From NCBI GenBank assembly GCA_964394645.1, contig CAYMYC010000002.1:28105-92104 (forward strand): 64,000 nucleotides of DNA, written 5' to 3'. Below are positions 1 through 9,834 of this stretch, one piece after another (within the stretch, counting starts at the first letter, position 1; the number at the start of each line of letters is the position of its first letter). Under the pieces are notes generated by a model that saw only the letters and a list, made by a program, of their open reading frames with translations, made no database searches and was not told the DNA's origin. Source of the DNA: an uncultured Gammaproteobacteria bacterium (GTDB lineage: Bacteria > Patescibacteriota > Microgenomatia > Levybacterales > GWA1-39-11). A program made the translations under genes and the position numbers.

Positions 1-981
1 AGAAATCAAAGAATCTTTTTGATCTATAGTTTTTTTAAAAGGAACTAGCTCTTTTTCCTTATCAGAAATATTCTGCCTTGTCTCGCGCAGGTTTGACTCT
101 ACGTCCTTTCTTATACTTAGACTTGTACTATTCGCCTCTTCCTCAAGTCTTGCTTTGTCTTTTCTCAAGTCCGCAAGCTCGTTCTCTATTCGCTCCCTAT
201 CTGGTCCTTCCTCCCGAACCTTCTGCTCTACATCTTTCAATTCTTTACCCGCACCGTTTTGCGTATCAGAAAAAGATTCTTTTCTTACTCTATTCTCCTC
301 AGCTTTTCTTACACTTGCCTCAAACTGATCATTTAATGCGTCTGCTTTTGCCTTCTGCCTGTCAAGCCTTCTTTGAATCACCGTTTCGTCTTCCGATACC
401 TCTCTGTCCTTTTCCATAAATGATTTGTACTTTGCCTGAAGAGCTTCCACAAACCTGTTGTCCCCCGGCTTACGCCCTGCGTCTAACTGCTCTGTCACGA
501 AGCGAACCCATTCATTTAAAGAATTAGGACTTGCGTCAATAGCATCCGCGAGATCTTTAAAAACTGGATCTCTCCCCATCATTTCACGAATAGGAGCTAT
601 TAATGAATCGCTTGTCAAATTCGCATGTGCTTCAAGATACGTTTTATCTCCTGAAAATACTGCCCGCAAGACTGCGTCTATCTTCTTTGCTGTATCTTTG
701 TCTTCAGGGGTTACAGTAGCTGATTCAATTACCTTCCCTGCCTTGTCTTCCGTTGGCACTTGCGCTCCTTCATTTTTTTCGCCCCTCATTCCTTCCATAA
801 AAGCATGGTCGTCTCCACCTAATGCTTCACGTCTTTTTTCAAGACTTTTTTTCGCAACATCTGCAGCCTTTTGTTTTTCTTTATTTTGCTGTTCTTGTGG
901 GGTTAGCTCCGTTCTATTTGTAATAGCACGCGCAGTTGCTTCTGCTTGTATTTTTTTTGAGATGTCGGGTGTTGCTATCAT
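1..981 (-). CDS. Large charged/coiled-coil hypothetical protein, truncated at the window edge (not in ORF track)
   Basis: Manual translation from ATG at 981 (MIATPDISKKIQAEATARAITNRTELTPQEQQNKEKQKAAD...RERIENELADLRKDKARLEEEANS...) stays open to base 1; it starts 1 nt after the stop of the 983-1324 gene. Confidence 0.8.
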   Translation of the reverse strand, partial: MIATPDISKKIQAEATARAITNRTELTPQEQQNKEKQKAADVAKKSLEKRREALGGDDHAFMEGMRGEKNEGAQVPTEDKAGKVIESATVTPEDKDTAKKIDAVLRAVFSGDKTYLEAHANLTSDSLIAPIREMMGRDPVFKDLADAIDASPNSLNEWVRFVTEQLDAGRKPGDNRFVEALQAKYKSFMEKDREVSEDETVIQRRLDRQKAKADALNDQFEASVRKAEENRVRKESFSDTQNGAGKELKDVEQKVREEGPDRERIENELADLRKDKARLEEEANSTSLSIRKDVESNLRETRQNISDKEKELVPFKKTIDQKDSLIS

Positions 982-982
982 A

Positions 983-1324
983 TTATGATACTCCTTCTGC
1001 TGCTTTTAAAACCTGCAGCGCCTGATCTATTTGTCCATTCTTTATAAGATTCTCTGCTTTGTCTACTGACTTTTTATCCTCTGCCTCTTTTGCTTCCCCC
1101 TCAATGAATCGCTCAATCGGCAAGAAAAATGACCATTTTTGAGATAATTCAATTAGAAAAGTCACTAATTCTTCCTCTGTTTTTATGGCATCTATTCTAT
1201 TTAAAATAAAATCAGAAACAACGGTAAGCTCCTCTTCTGAAATAATTCCTGCTCCTACTGCATCTATCATTGAGTCAACCATCATCTTTTCGACTGATTT
1301 TTTCTTGTCAATTGTAAATTCCAT
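983..1324 (-). CDS. Hypothetical acidic helical protein (113 aa)
   Basis: Clean ATG ORF with protein-like composition, tightly coupled to the downstream 1-981 gene. Confidence 0.75.
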   Translation of the reverse strand: MEFTIDKKKSVEKMMVDSMIDAVGAGIISEEELTVVSDFILNRIDAIKTEEELVTFLIELSQKWSFFLPIERFIEGEAKEAEDKKSVDKAENLIKNGQIDQALQVLKAAEGVS

Positions 1325-1572
1325 ACTTAATTAAACGATTCTAAAACGTAATCTCTTTATCATTCTTATACTCATATTATGGGCTTTTTATTTTATTTTC
1401 CTTGACAACAAAATAACAGATATATTACAACTATCTTCTTATTCATGGTACGGCAAAACATAAGTGCATGTCAAGAAAACACAGCGCTTTTCACGCTACG
1501 CACAGAATACCTTTATTTTGACCTATTTTGATAATCTTGAAAGCATATGTTTCACGTTATACCCTGTATTAT

Positions 1573-2655
1573 ATGGAAAATCACCCAATCCCGCAGGATG
1601 TTACAGGATTTAAATTTAGGCTTATAGGATCTGTTACGGTAAAACAGTTTTTATATCTTTTAGGTGGCGGAGTGTTTGCGCTTTTGTTTTATTTTTTCCC
1701 AATTCCATTTTTGCTAAAACTTCCATTTATGTTTCTTTCAGGAGGTGTAGGGCTTTGTCTTGCGTTTGTGCCTATTGATGGAAGACCTATGGATAAGATG
1801 CTTGTTAACTTCTTTAAGGCAATTCCTGCGGAAAATCAATATATTTACAAAAAACATGGCGCACAAATGCCATATTTCACGTTTACTCCCCGGTCTCACG
1901 CTACCATTACAAGCTCTGCCTCAGAAGACAGCGCAGCCGTACAAAAAGCAAAGCTTTTTAATCAGCTTGCAAGTTCTTATTTTAAGCCTGATCCTGATGA
2001 AAAATCTCAAGTTGAAAACGTGAGCAATCTCTTTAAAGACGGCACAGCTCAACAGGGCGGATTTACGAATAGAGTTATTAAGGCAGATGAAAACGCTCCA
2101 GTAATACCCGCTTCCGCTAGCTTCACTCACCACCAACCGGAAGCAAAAATAGAAGGAATGTCTACTCCCCATGCGAAAGCTCCTGCGCTTCCTGTTCAGG
2201 AGAATAAAAGTCAAATAGTTACCCCACCTGCTGGCTTATCCCAAGTTATTTCTCCTGTGGTGCCCCCAACAACTCCTATTCAATCTGCAACACCACCTCC
2301 AGCAATGCCTCCGCAAGCATCCGTAGGGGGAATAGACATGGCAAACATCTTACAAGGCAAAATACTTGACCCCAGAGGAAAACCGCTACCTCATATCATT
2401 GTGGAAGTGCTTGACACTCAAAACGTTCCACTCCGAACCTTCCGGACTGACGCAAATGGGTTTTTTAGAGCAGCAACTCCACTCCCAAACGGTATGTATA
2501 CACTACATCTGGAGGACACGTTAAAAAAACAAGACTTTCAAGACAAGAGAATAACGCTTGACGGATCCGTAGCTCAACCTATTCAGGTAATATCTGTTGA
2601 TCAACGTGAGAAATTAAGACGCGAGCTATTTGGAGTTGCTCAAAACACTCCATAA
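1573..2655 (+). CDS. PrgI-family (VirB3-like) membrane protein with Pro-rich linker and C-terminal carboxypeptidase-regulatory-like beta domain
   Basis: N-terminus MENHPIPQDVTGFKFRLIGSVTVKQFLYL, two TM helices and the IDGRPMD motif typical of PrgI; C-terminal GKILDPRGKPLP...TDANGFF...GMYTL. Likely start is ATG 1573. Confidence 0.8.
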   Translation: MENHPIPQDVTGFKFRLIGSVTVKQFLYLLGGGVFALLFYFFPIPFLLKLPFMFLSGGVGLCLAFVPIDGRPMDKMLVNFFKAIPAENQYIYKKHGAQMPYFTFTPRSHATITSSASEDSAAVQKAKLFNQLASSYFKPDPDEKSQVENVSNLFKDGTAQQGGFTNRVIKADENAPVIPASASFTHHQPEAKIEGMSTPHAKAPALPVQENKSQIVTPPAGLSQVISPVVPPTTPIQSATPPPAMPPQASVGGIDMANILQGKILDPRGKPLPHIIVEVLDTQNVPLRTFRTDANGFFRAATPLPNGMYTLHLEDTLKKQDFQDKRITLDGSVAQPIQVISVDQREKLRRELFGVAQNTP

Positions 2656-2664
2656 AATCTGCCC

Positions 2665-3279
2665 ATGGCTAAAATTAAATCGAGCACACAATCATTTATT
2701 GAAATCGAAGATATCCGGGATGACACGGTATTTTTGAAAGGGAAAAATGCATGCTCCATTCTGGAGGTATCATCTGTTAATTTTTTTCTTCTTTCCCAAG
2801 ATGAGCAAAACGCCCGCATATATGGGTATATGTCGCTCTTAAATTCCCTCTCTTTTGCTATCCAAATCGTGATAGTTTCAAAAAGGATCGATCTTTCATC
2901 CTATATCTCATCTCTTGATCACAAAATTACCGTCACTCAAAACGCACGAGTTGCTGAACATTTAAGACTTTATAAGGACTTTATCCAAGAGCTTATAAAA
3001 GAAGATGGTTTGCTAGATAAAAAAACATATGTGGTAATCCCGTTTAACGCGTTAGAGTTAGGACCAACATCAGGAGGAGGAAAGAAAGTGTACGAAACAC
3101 GAATTACCGAGGCGATCAAAAGCAAACGAACAAATGTTATGACGCAAATAGAGCGGATTGGTCTTTCCAGTAGAGTTATTAAGGCAGAGGAATTGGGTCG
3201 GGTATTTTTTGAGCTTTTTAACCAAGCGACCATGAACGTGGACTTCTCAACAAGTGACGTAAAAAATATTATTGTGTAA
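2665..3279 (+). CDS. TraC/VirB4 N-terminal-like T4SS protein
   Basis: STQSFIEIEDIRDD...LEVSSVNFFLLSQDEQ...LNSLSFAIQIV, a pattern typical of the small gene preceding VirB4 in CPR loci. Confidence 0.7.
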   Translation: MAKIKSSTQSFIEIEDIRDDTVFLKGKNACSILEVSSVNFFLLSQDEQNARIYGYMSLLNSLSFAIQIVIVSKRIDLSSYISSLDHKITVTQNARVAEHLRLYKDFIQELIKEDGLLDKKTYVVIPFNALELGPTSGGGKKVYETRITEAIKSKRTNVMTQIERIGLSSRVIKAEELGRVFFELFNQATMNVDFSTSDVKNIIV

Positions 3280-3315
3280 ACATATGCTAAAAAAACAAAG
3301 GAGTAATTTTATATC

Positions 3316-5406
3316 ATGCTAGGACTAGGAAAGAAAAAACAAATAGAAAAAGGTGCACCTGCACAAACGACTCAGGCGGCACCACAAAACGCGCAGGCGC
3401 AAACTACACACGAGGTTGAAAAACTGAAGAACGGATCAGTGTCCCTTATAGATCTTCTTGCTCCCTCATCAGTTGAGGTAGATTTTAAATATATACGCGT
3501 AGGAGACGCATTTTACAGAACCTTTATAGTTATTGACTATCCACGTGAAGTTTCTCCCAATTGGCTTTCAATACTCATAGACTACAAGGAGACCATGAAT
3601 GTGTCTATGTTTATATATCCTGTTGAAAGTCGGGATATTCTCTCCAATTTGAAGCGCAAAATTGGAGAAATGGAGGCAACGATTGAATCTGACATGAAAA
3701 ACGGGATAGAACCTGATCCTAAGGTCAGGGCGTCTCTTGAAGACGCGATAGCGCTGCGTGAAGAATTAGCCCGCGGACTTGAACGATTCTTTCAGTTTGG
3801 ACTCTACGTTACGCTTTCCGCAAAAACGGTTGATGAGCTTGATAAAAAAACGAATGAACTTACTTCCCTACTTGCCTCAAACCTACTTGTCATAAAACCT
3901 GCAACACTCCAGATGGAAGACGGCTTTAAAACAACGCTCCCTCTGGGGGAAGATAAATTATTTATCACCCGAAATATGGATACTACATCCGTTGCCTCAA
4001 CGTTCCCCTTCACATCCTATGAAATATCTCAACCAAATGGTATTTTTTATGGAGTAAACACACTGAATAATTCGCTTATCATAGTGGATCGTTTCTCATT
4101 TGAAAACGCAAATTCTGTTGTCTTTGGAAAATCTGGATCTGGAAAATCTTTCCTGGTTAAGCTTGAGGTACTGCGCCAAATGATGTTTGATACAGAAATT
4201 CTCATCATAGACCCTGAAGATGAATATAGAGCCCTCTGCCACGCCCTAGATGGAGAATATATATCCTTCTCAAAGGACTCTGAAGTAAAAATTAACCCGT
4301 TTGCCCTTCTTTCAGATGACAGAACAGAAGCACAGCTTGGAATAAAATTCCTTGCCCTTCACTCACTTCTTAAAATTATGCTTGGTGAATTTTCCCCAAC
4401 ACAGGAAGCGCTTTTGGACCGCGCGCTCGTGTTGTGCTACAAGCAAAAAGGGATAATTCCTGACCCATCAACTTTTGGACGGGAACCTCCTATTCTTGAG
4501 GATCTATATAAAACTCTTCTAAATATGGAAGAGCCAGACGCAAAGGATCTCGCATTTCGGCTAGAAAAATACATCAAGGGAGGGTTTGCAGGACTCTTAA
4601 ACTCACAAACCAATTATGATGTGAAAAATCAGTTAACTATTTTTTCAATAAAACAACTTGAGGAGTCTCTTCGACCCGTAGCCATGCAGGTGATATTAGA
4701 TTTTATCTGGAATAGAGTGAGAACTAAGTTGAAAAAACGCATTTTAATAGTCGATGAGGCATGGTATCTTATGAAAAATCCTGATTCCGCAGCATTTTTA
4801 CAAGGAATTGCAAAACGGGCAAGAAAATACTATTTGGGAGTTACAACGCTTACCCAGGACATTGAAGACTTTTTATCCTCTGATTACGGGAAGGCAATTT
4901 TATCTAATTCTTCAATGCAGATCCTGTTAAAACAAAATTCTTCGGAGGTAGAAACACTTGCCTCAACACTTAACCTATCAGAGGGAGAAAAGCAATTTTT
5001 ACTAACTGCACAGGTTGGAGAGGGACTTTTTTTTGCAGGGCAAAATCACTTAACAGCTCAATTTCTGGCATCAAATTTTGAGTATCAATTGGTCACCTCT
5101 AAACCACAAGACATTTTAGATGAGGCACAAAGAACAAACACGGGAGCGGCAGAACAATTCATAAAAGAAGCAGACGCGCAGGCAAAAGCATCTTCTGAAA
5201 CAATAGCGACCTCTGAAACTCATACCCCTGTTCCACCCCCATCACAACAGCCTGGCGTTCAACCAATAACACAACAGCCCATTTCCCAACCTACTATGCC
5301 GCCGACTAGTCCTGCGGTCCCTACCCCACCGGCAGCTCAAAACCCACAACAAAATACACCAACAGCACAAGCAGAGATTACGCAAACAAAGATAAATAAT
5401 GGATGA
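3316..5406 (+). CDS. VirB4-like type IV secretion ATPase
   Basis: Walker A GKSGSGKS, IIDPEDEY, Walker B LIVDEAW, RARKY...TQD motif; Pro/Gln-rich C-terminal tail. Confidence 0.9.
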   Translation: MLGLGKKKQIEKGAPAQTTQAAPQNAQAQTTHEVEKLKNGSVSLIDLLAPSSVEVDFKYIRVGDAFYRTFIVIDYPREVSPNWLSILIDYKETMNVSMFIYPVESRDILSNLKRKIGEMEATIESDMKNGIEPDPKVRASLEDAIALREELARGLERFFQFGLYVTLSAKTVDELDKKTNELTSLLASNLLVIKPATLQMEDGFKTTLPLGEDKLFITRNMDTTSVASTFPFTSYEISQPNGIFYGVNTLNNSLIIVDRFSFENANSVVFGKSGSGKSFLVKLEVLRQMMFDTEILIIDPEDEYRALCHALDGEYISFSKDSEVKINPFALLSDDRTEAQLGIKFLALHSLLKIMLGEFSPTQEALLDRALVLCYKQKGIIPDPSTFGREPPILEDLYKTLLNMEEPDAKDLAFRLEKYIKGGFAGLLNSQTNYDVKNQLTIFSIKQLEESLRPVAMQVILDFIWNRVRTKLKKRILIVDEAWYLMKNPDSAAFLQGIAKRARKYYLGVTTLTQDIEDFLSSDYGKAILSNSSMQILLKQNSSEVETLASTLNLSEGEKQFLLTAQVGEGLFFAGQNHLTAQFLASNFEYQLVTSKPQDILDEAQRTNTGAAEQFIKEADAQAKASSETIATSETHTPVPPPSQQPGVQPITQQPISQPTMPPTSPAVPTPPAAQNPQQNTPTAQAEITQTKINNG

Positions 5407-5424
5407 ATATTGTAAAACTATCAT

Positions 5425-8016
5425 ATGGCAAATAATTCTGGCACATACACCACTTCTGAGGATCAGATAAAAAATATTGAATCCTCAATAACACAACTGG
5501 TAAATGATCAGAAGGGTCTGGAAGAATTAGTTACAAATGGCACCATTTCACAGGAAGAAGGGGACACAAGAAAAGTTGAAATACGCAAAAAAATAAATAT
5601 TCTTCAAAACGAAAAGGCTGAAGCCGCAAGTGATCTTACTTTAAACCCAAACACTACTACAGAAAAAGCTAAGGAAGTAAACGACCAGGAAAACACGAAC
5701 GATCACAAAAAAGAGGAGCACAAAAGTACACACTCCACAGAGCACAGCCTTCATTTGGCACATAATAAATCTACCAGTAAAAACGAGAGTGAACCTTCAC
5801 TAGTAGACAGCGCATCTTCCGATGTACCGTCGGACCCATCAGAAAATAAAGAAAGAGGAATGGGTAAAAGCTCATCTATATCCTTTGAGAAGGATAGCTC
5901 ATTCAGGGTAAACGAAAACCGAAACTATGAAGATCAAATAGATAAAACGGCTCAAGCTATTGAAAACACTACAAAGCAGGAAACGCCTCCGTCAACACCT
6001 ACACCTTCTGAAGCAAAGCCGGAAGAATATCAGACAAATTCCCCACAAAAAATTGTACCCTCTCAGGAAGCTTCTACAAACGGTGCGCCTACAGCTACTG
6101 TTTCACAAACGACTTCCCCTATAGAACAATCAGATCAAAACATTCCTTCGCAGGAATCTATAAAAGAGTCATCCCCACACAAACCTACGACACCCCAAAA
6201 AGCTCCTTCTAAAACAAAACAGATAGTTAAAACTGCTGCGAAAAAGGGGGCAAAGGGATATGTGGATATATATAAATACACCCCACTAGGTTTTCTGCTA
6301 GGAAGACTAAGCCCACGCTTAAAAGAATGGGAATTTGGCAAAAAAATTGCGACAAGGATTTCAGAAAAAAGACCCAAAAATAAAGAAAAGCCTGAAGGTA
6401 ACGATGAAAAAAACACCCAACCTGAACCTAAAAAAATACAAAAAAAATCAAAAACACTAACCGCTACTAAAAAGGCGACCTCAATAACGCTTACCTGGTA
6501 CAAAAACGTGTATAAAAATTCGCCTCTTGGAATTTTATATAACAATACTAAGCACTTAATTCCCCCCTCTATTACTGCAGGAATTAAAAAAATATTACCC
6601 CGAAAAAAAATTCCTCCAAGTAAACCTCCTGCTGAGATAGGAAAACCAAAAACAGCAAAGGATTACCAAAGAATAGGAATCAATAGAATATTAACAAAGG
6701 CGATTGCGAATGGGTTTGACAGATTTGAACTTCTAAGAAAAGTTAGAGATGCAAAAGTTTGGCAAAGCAAAGCATGGAAATACGGAAGATATGCAGTTTC
6801 CCCTCTTGGAGCCACAGGCTACGCACTCTATAAACGTCGGAGGGAACAAAGACAAAAACAGGAGGAAAAAACCAATCCATCTTCTCATCAGTCACATATG
6901 CAACCAAGAGTGCTTAGAAGTGGGATACAGAACAGAAGCTCCTTTCCTGCAATGTCAAACCTGAATAAGCACCTAGGAAGAAGTTTAAGAAACAAAAGCG
7001 CGCAAAAAGCACTCTCTGCTGCAGGTAAAAAAGGAGGGCAACAAATCGCAAAAAAAGCGCTAAGTCAAATCACTCTGACTTTTCTTAAAACACCTGCTGG
7101 ATGGGTAACTGTTGGAGTTTCCTGTGTAATTTTACTCTTCATTGTGTTTGTAATGACAGTTATCACAATAGCATCTGATAGCTCAAGTGGTTCCGCACTG
7201 GGTGGCGGGGCAGGAGACGTAGGAGGTGGGGGACAGCCACCAACACAAAACCCCATCCCAAACTTTACGCTACAAAAAACAGTTTCACAAACCGAATTAG
7301 CTGAGATGGGCGAAATTACCTACACCATTTCCTATTCCTTTACTTCTGGCTCAACCGTTAAAAAGGAAGATATTATTATTTTTGATCAAATTCCAGAAAA
7401 CACAAAATTGGTTGATAATAAAACTTCGGGGAATTATACACTTGATACAACAGACCGCACCCTATCATGGAATCTTTCAGATTCAGGAAACGCCGCCGCA
7501 TCAACATTCTCCTTTACTGTTCTTCCTGTAAAAACTGATATAAACGTGGTAAACTCCGCGTGGGCACAGGCAAACGCATCTACCGCAGGACCAGGAGGAG
7601 CGCAATCACCAAATGCATGTACGAGACCCACAGAAGGAACAGGATATTGTTCATATGAACATCTCCTCCCTTATTTTAATAACCAACCCGACCTAGCACT
7701 AACCGCCTCACTGATTTGCAACCTTGAGAGCGGAAGCGATCCTTTTGCCACCAATAAGGTATGTCCAGATTACAGCATAGGACTGTTCCAGATCAATCTA
7801 ATTGCTCACTGTGGAGAAGCGTTTGATCCTCCACCAACCTGTACGGTCCTTAATTCTTCGCTTAGAAACGCGTGCGAACAGAGATTTCTGGATCCTTTAG
7901 AAAACATCCGGTATGCATATCAGCTTTATTTAAGCGGAGGAACTGGTTGGACCGCAAACAAGTGGTCCACATACCCTGCAGCAAAAAGCATTTTAGATTC
8001 CTGTGGTAATATATAG
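5425..8016 (+). CDS. Large membrane-anchored protein: disordered/basic N-terminus, one TM helix, DUF11-like Ig domain, C-terminal SLT/lysozyme-like domain (VirB1-like)
   Basis: TM GWVTVGVSCVILLFIVFVMTVITIA; LQKTVS...ITYTISY...DQIPEN...LSWNL...VNSAW (DUF11-like); NLESGSDPFATN...GLFQIN...DPLENIRYA (SLT motifs). Confidence 0.75.
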   Translation: MANNSGTYTTSEDQIKNIESSITQLVNDQKGLEELVTNGTISQEEGDTRKVEIRKKINILQNEKAEAASDLTLNPNTTTEKAKEVNDQENTNDHKKEEHKSTHSTEHSLHLAHNKSTSKNESEPSLVDSASSDVPSDPSENKERGMGKSSSISFEKDSSFRVNENRNYEDQIDKTAQAIENTTKQETPPSTPTPSEAKPEEYQTNSPQKIVPSQEASTNGAPTATVSQTTSPIEQSDQNIPSQESIKESSPHKPTTPQKAPSKTKQIVKTAAKKGAKGYVDIYKYTPLGFLLGRLSPRLKEWEFGKKIATRISEKRPKNKEKPEGNDEKNTQPEPKKIQKKSKTLTATKKATSITLTWYKNVYKNSPLGILYNNTKHLIPPSITAGIKKILPRKKIPPSKPPAEIGKPKTAKDYQRIGINRILTKAIANGFDRFELLRKVRDAKVWQSKAWKYGRYAVSPLGATGYALYKRRREQRQKQEEKTNPSSHQSHMQPRVLRSGIQNRSSFPAMSNLNKHLGRSLRNKSAQKALSAAGKKGGQQIAKKALSQITLTFLKTPAGWVTVGVSCVILLFIVFVMTVITIASDSSSGSALGGGAGDVGGGGQPPTQNPIPNFTLQKTVSQTELAEMGEITYTISYSFTSGSTVKKEDIIIFDQIPENTKLVDNKTSGNYTLDTTDRTLSWNLSDSGNAAASTFSFTVLPVKTDINVVNSAWAQANASTAGPGGAQSPNACTRPTEGTGYCSYEHLLPYFNNQPDLALTASLICNLESGSDPFATNKVCPDYSIGLFQINLIAHCGEAFDPPPTCTVLNSSLRNACEQRFLDPLENIRYAYQLYLSGGTGWTANKWSTYPAAKSILDSCGNI

Positions 8017-8018
8017 CT

Positions 8019-8486
8019 ATGAATAAAGTAAGAATAGTAATTTTTTCTGTATTAGTTACAATCATTGTTATTGTGTCAACAATTATCTTCCTTTTGTCAT
8101 CCGCACCACAAAAAACCACCCCACAAGAACTGATTGTCCCTACAAAAATCCCACCAGTCCTTTCAACAACTGATAAAATTATAATATCCGGAATTCCTAT
8201 TAAAAATCCCTACATTTCCCCGGTCCAACTAGATACACAGGGAGATTCACTCATGACGAGCACCGAGACATATAATCTTGTCTACCTAAAGCCGTTTAAT
8301 GAATTTCTTATATCAATAACCGGTGCTCCATTTGAAGTAAATAGACAACTTGCGGAAAAGGCTTTTCTTGAAAGGGTTGGCATAACACAGGAACAAGCTT
8401 GCCAAATAAAGGTAACTATTACTACTCCTGCCTCCGTCAACCCGACAGAAGCAGGTCAAAAGTATCCATTAAGTTTTTGTCCTTAG
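8019..8486 (+). CDS. Membrane-anchored hypothetical protein with a C-terminal Cys pair
   Basis: N-terminal TM helix; 2-nt gap after the upstream gene, in the T4SS-like operon. Confidence 0.75.
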   Translation: MNKVRIVIFSVLVTIIVIVSTIIFLLSSAPQKTTPQELIVPTKIPPVLSTTDKIIISGIPIKNPYISPVQLDTQGDSLMTSTETYNLVYLKPFNEFLISITGAPFEVNRQLAEKAFLERVGITQEQACQIKVTITTPASVNPTEAGQKYPLSFCP

Positions 8487-8489
8487 CCT

Positions 8490-9134
8490 ATGAAAAAATT
8501 ATTATTCATTTCAGCCATGCTAATTCTTGCCCCTATCTCACAAAGTGCTTTTGCCCAATTTAGAACTGATAGTAACACAGTTGCAACAAAGGTGGGAAAT
8601 CCCTCCAGTGTCAGTTCTAGCATAGGAGCTGTTGCGTCAGAACTGGCTAGTGTTGTAAGCGCTGCCTGTGAGGGCGCTGTTACTAGCAAAAACATTTCCT
8701 GCATGCAGGGCTTGTCTTTACCAAATATTCCGCATAAGCACCTGGCGATAAATGAGATAGTTAGATCTGCGACAGCAAATTATTGCGATGACAATAAAAA
8801 ATCTCTAGGAACGTGTCTACAGTGTGTGGGGTTTGTACAGGGAGCAGTAGGTGGCGCTCTAGGCGCATATTTAAACAATGGAGGGAACGCAAAGGATTTT
8901 GCAACAAATGTTCCATCAGGCTATCAATACATACAAGCTTCAAGTGGAACACTAGTTGCGGAAGGTGATATTATAATAAAAACTGGTGGCGGTTTTGGAC
9001 ATATCGCGGTTGTTACAAAAGTTTACGATTCAAGCTTAATACAAGTAGCTGAGGCTAATTTTAATTACGGAGGACAGATAGGACTTAACAACACTGCTCT
9101 TTCTTTATGGAATGGATGGTTGAGGAAACAATGA
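8490..9134 (+). CDS. Secreted CHAP-domain protein (putative peptidoglycan amidase/endopeptidase)
   Basis: Signal peptide; QCVGFV (catalytic Cys), GNAKDF, GDII, FGHIAVV (His), VAEAN. Confidence 0.85.
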   Translation: MKKLLFISAMLILAPISQSAFAQFRTDSNTVATKVGNPSSVSSSIGAVASELASVVSAACEGAVTSKNISCMQGLSLPNIPHKHLAINEIVRSATANYCDDNKKSLGTCLQCVGFVQGAVGGALGAYLNNGGNAKDFATNVPSGYQYIQASSGTLVAEGDIIIKTGGGFGHIAVVTKVYDSSLIQVAEANFNYGGQIGLNNTALSLWNGWLRKQ

Positions 9135-9832
9135 ATACACGAAAACTACTTTTTATAGGAATTAGTATAACAGCGGTTATTATCATACTGTTTTTGTTTT
9201 TAATCTTCTCCTTTAAGGGAAACTCTCCTGTAACAAACCTGCCCACCCCTTCCATAGGGGTGACAGGAGTAACAACTCCAAGTGTCTTGGGATTTCAACT
9301 AACTTCAAGCACTCCTCAAAACAAAGCAGTGGGTGTACAACTAAACACTCCAATATCTTTTTTGTTTAATAAAGAGGTAGGAAATGCAACCGCAACCATA
9401 ACACCAACCACTAATATTTCTACTACCTTTTCCGGAAGAGCTGTTATCATTAAGCCCAGTACAAATCTTTCACCCTCCACACAGTATGTAGTAGTTCTTG
9501 AGGTAAATTCTCAATCCTTCTTTTTAACTTTTACAACCCAGGGACCTACTCCCACCATAGGACAAAACACGAGACCCATTGACCAGGTAGATACGGAACA
9601 AGAAATTCTCAAACAAACCCATCCCGATGTATTCTTATCTAACTACACGCCCCATACTAGTAGTACCATTTCTATTACTAGCGCATACATCTCAGGTAAT
9701 CCAGGGCACTTCCAATTTACTGTTTCTTCGAGGGGAAATGCAGTGTCTGCAACTGCTGAGTTTCAATCTTGGGCACAGCAAAAAGGATTAAATAACTCCC
9801 AGGTGGCATCACTCGACGTTGTCTACAAATAA
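9131..9832 (+). CDS. Membrane-anchored Ig-like (Big_5-type) domain protein
   Basis: N-terminal TM; STPQNKAVGVQLNTPISFLFN...IKPSTNLSPSTQYVV...FTT; ATGA overlap with the CHAP gene stop. Confidence 0.75.
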   Translation: MNTRKLLFIGISITAVIIILFLFLIFSFKGNSPVTNLPTPSIGVTGVTTPSVLGFQLTSSTPQNKAVGVQLNTPISFLFNKEVGNATATITPTTNISTTFSGRAVIIKPSTNLSPSTQYVVVLEVNSQSFFLTFTTQGPTPTIGQNTRPIDQVDTEQEILKQTHPDVFLSNYTPHTSSTISITSAYISGNPGHFQFTVSSRGNAVSATAEFQSWAQQKGLNNSQVASLDVVYK

Positions 9833-9834
9833 AC

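Noticed and set aside
78-988. Plus-strand ORFs 78-419 and 458-988
   Set aside because: Antisense shadows of the minus-strand coiled-coil gene at 1-981.
1573-9832. T4SS locus as an integrative conjugative element or prophage
   Set aside because: No integrase, relaxase, att repeats or phage structural genes at its borders in this window; it directly abuts dnaN.
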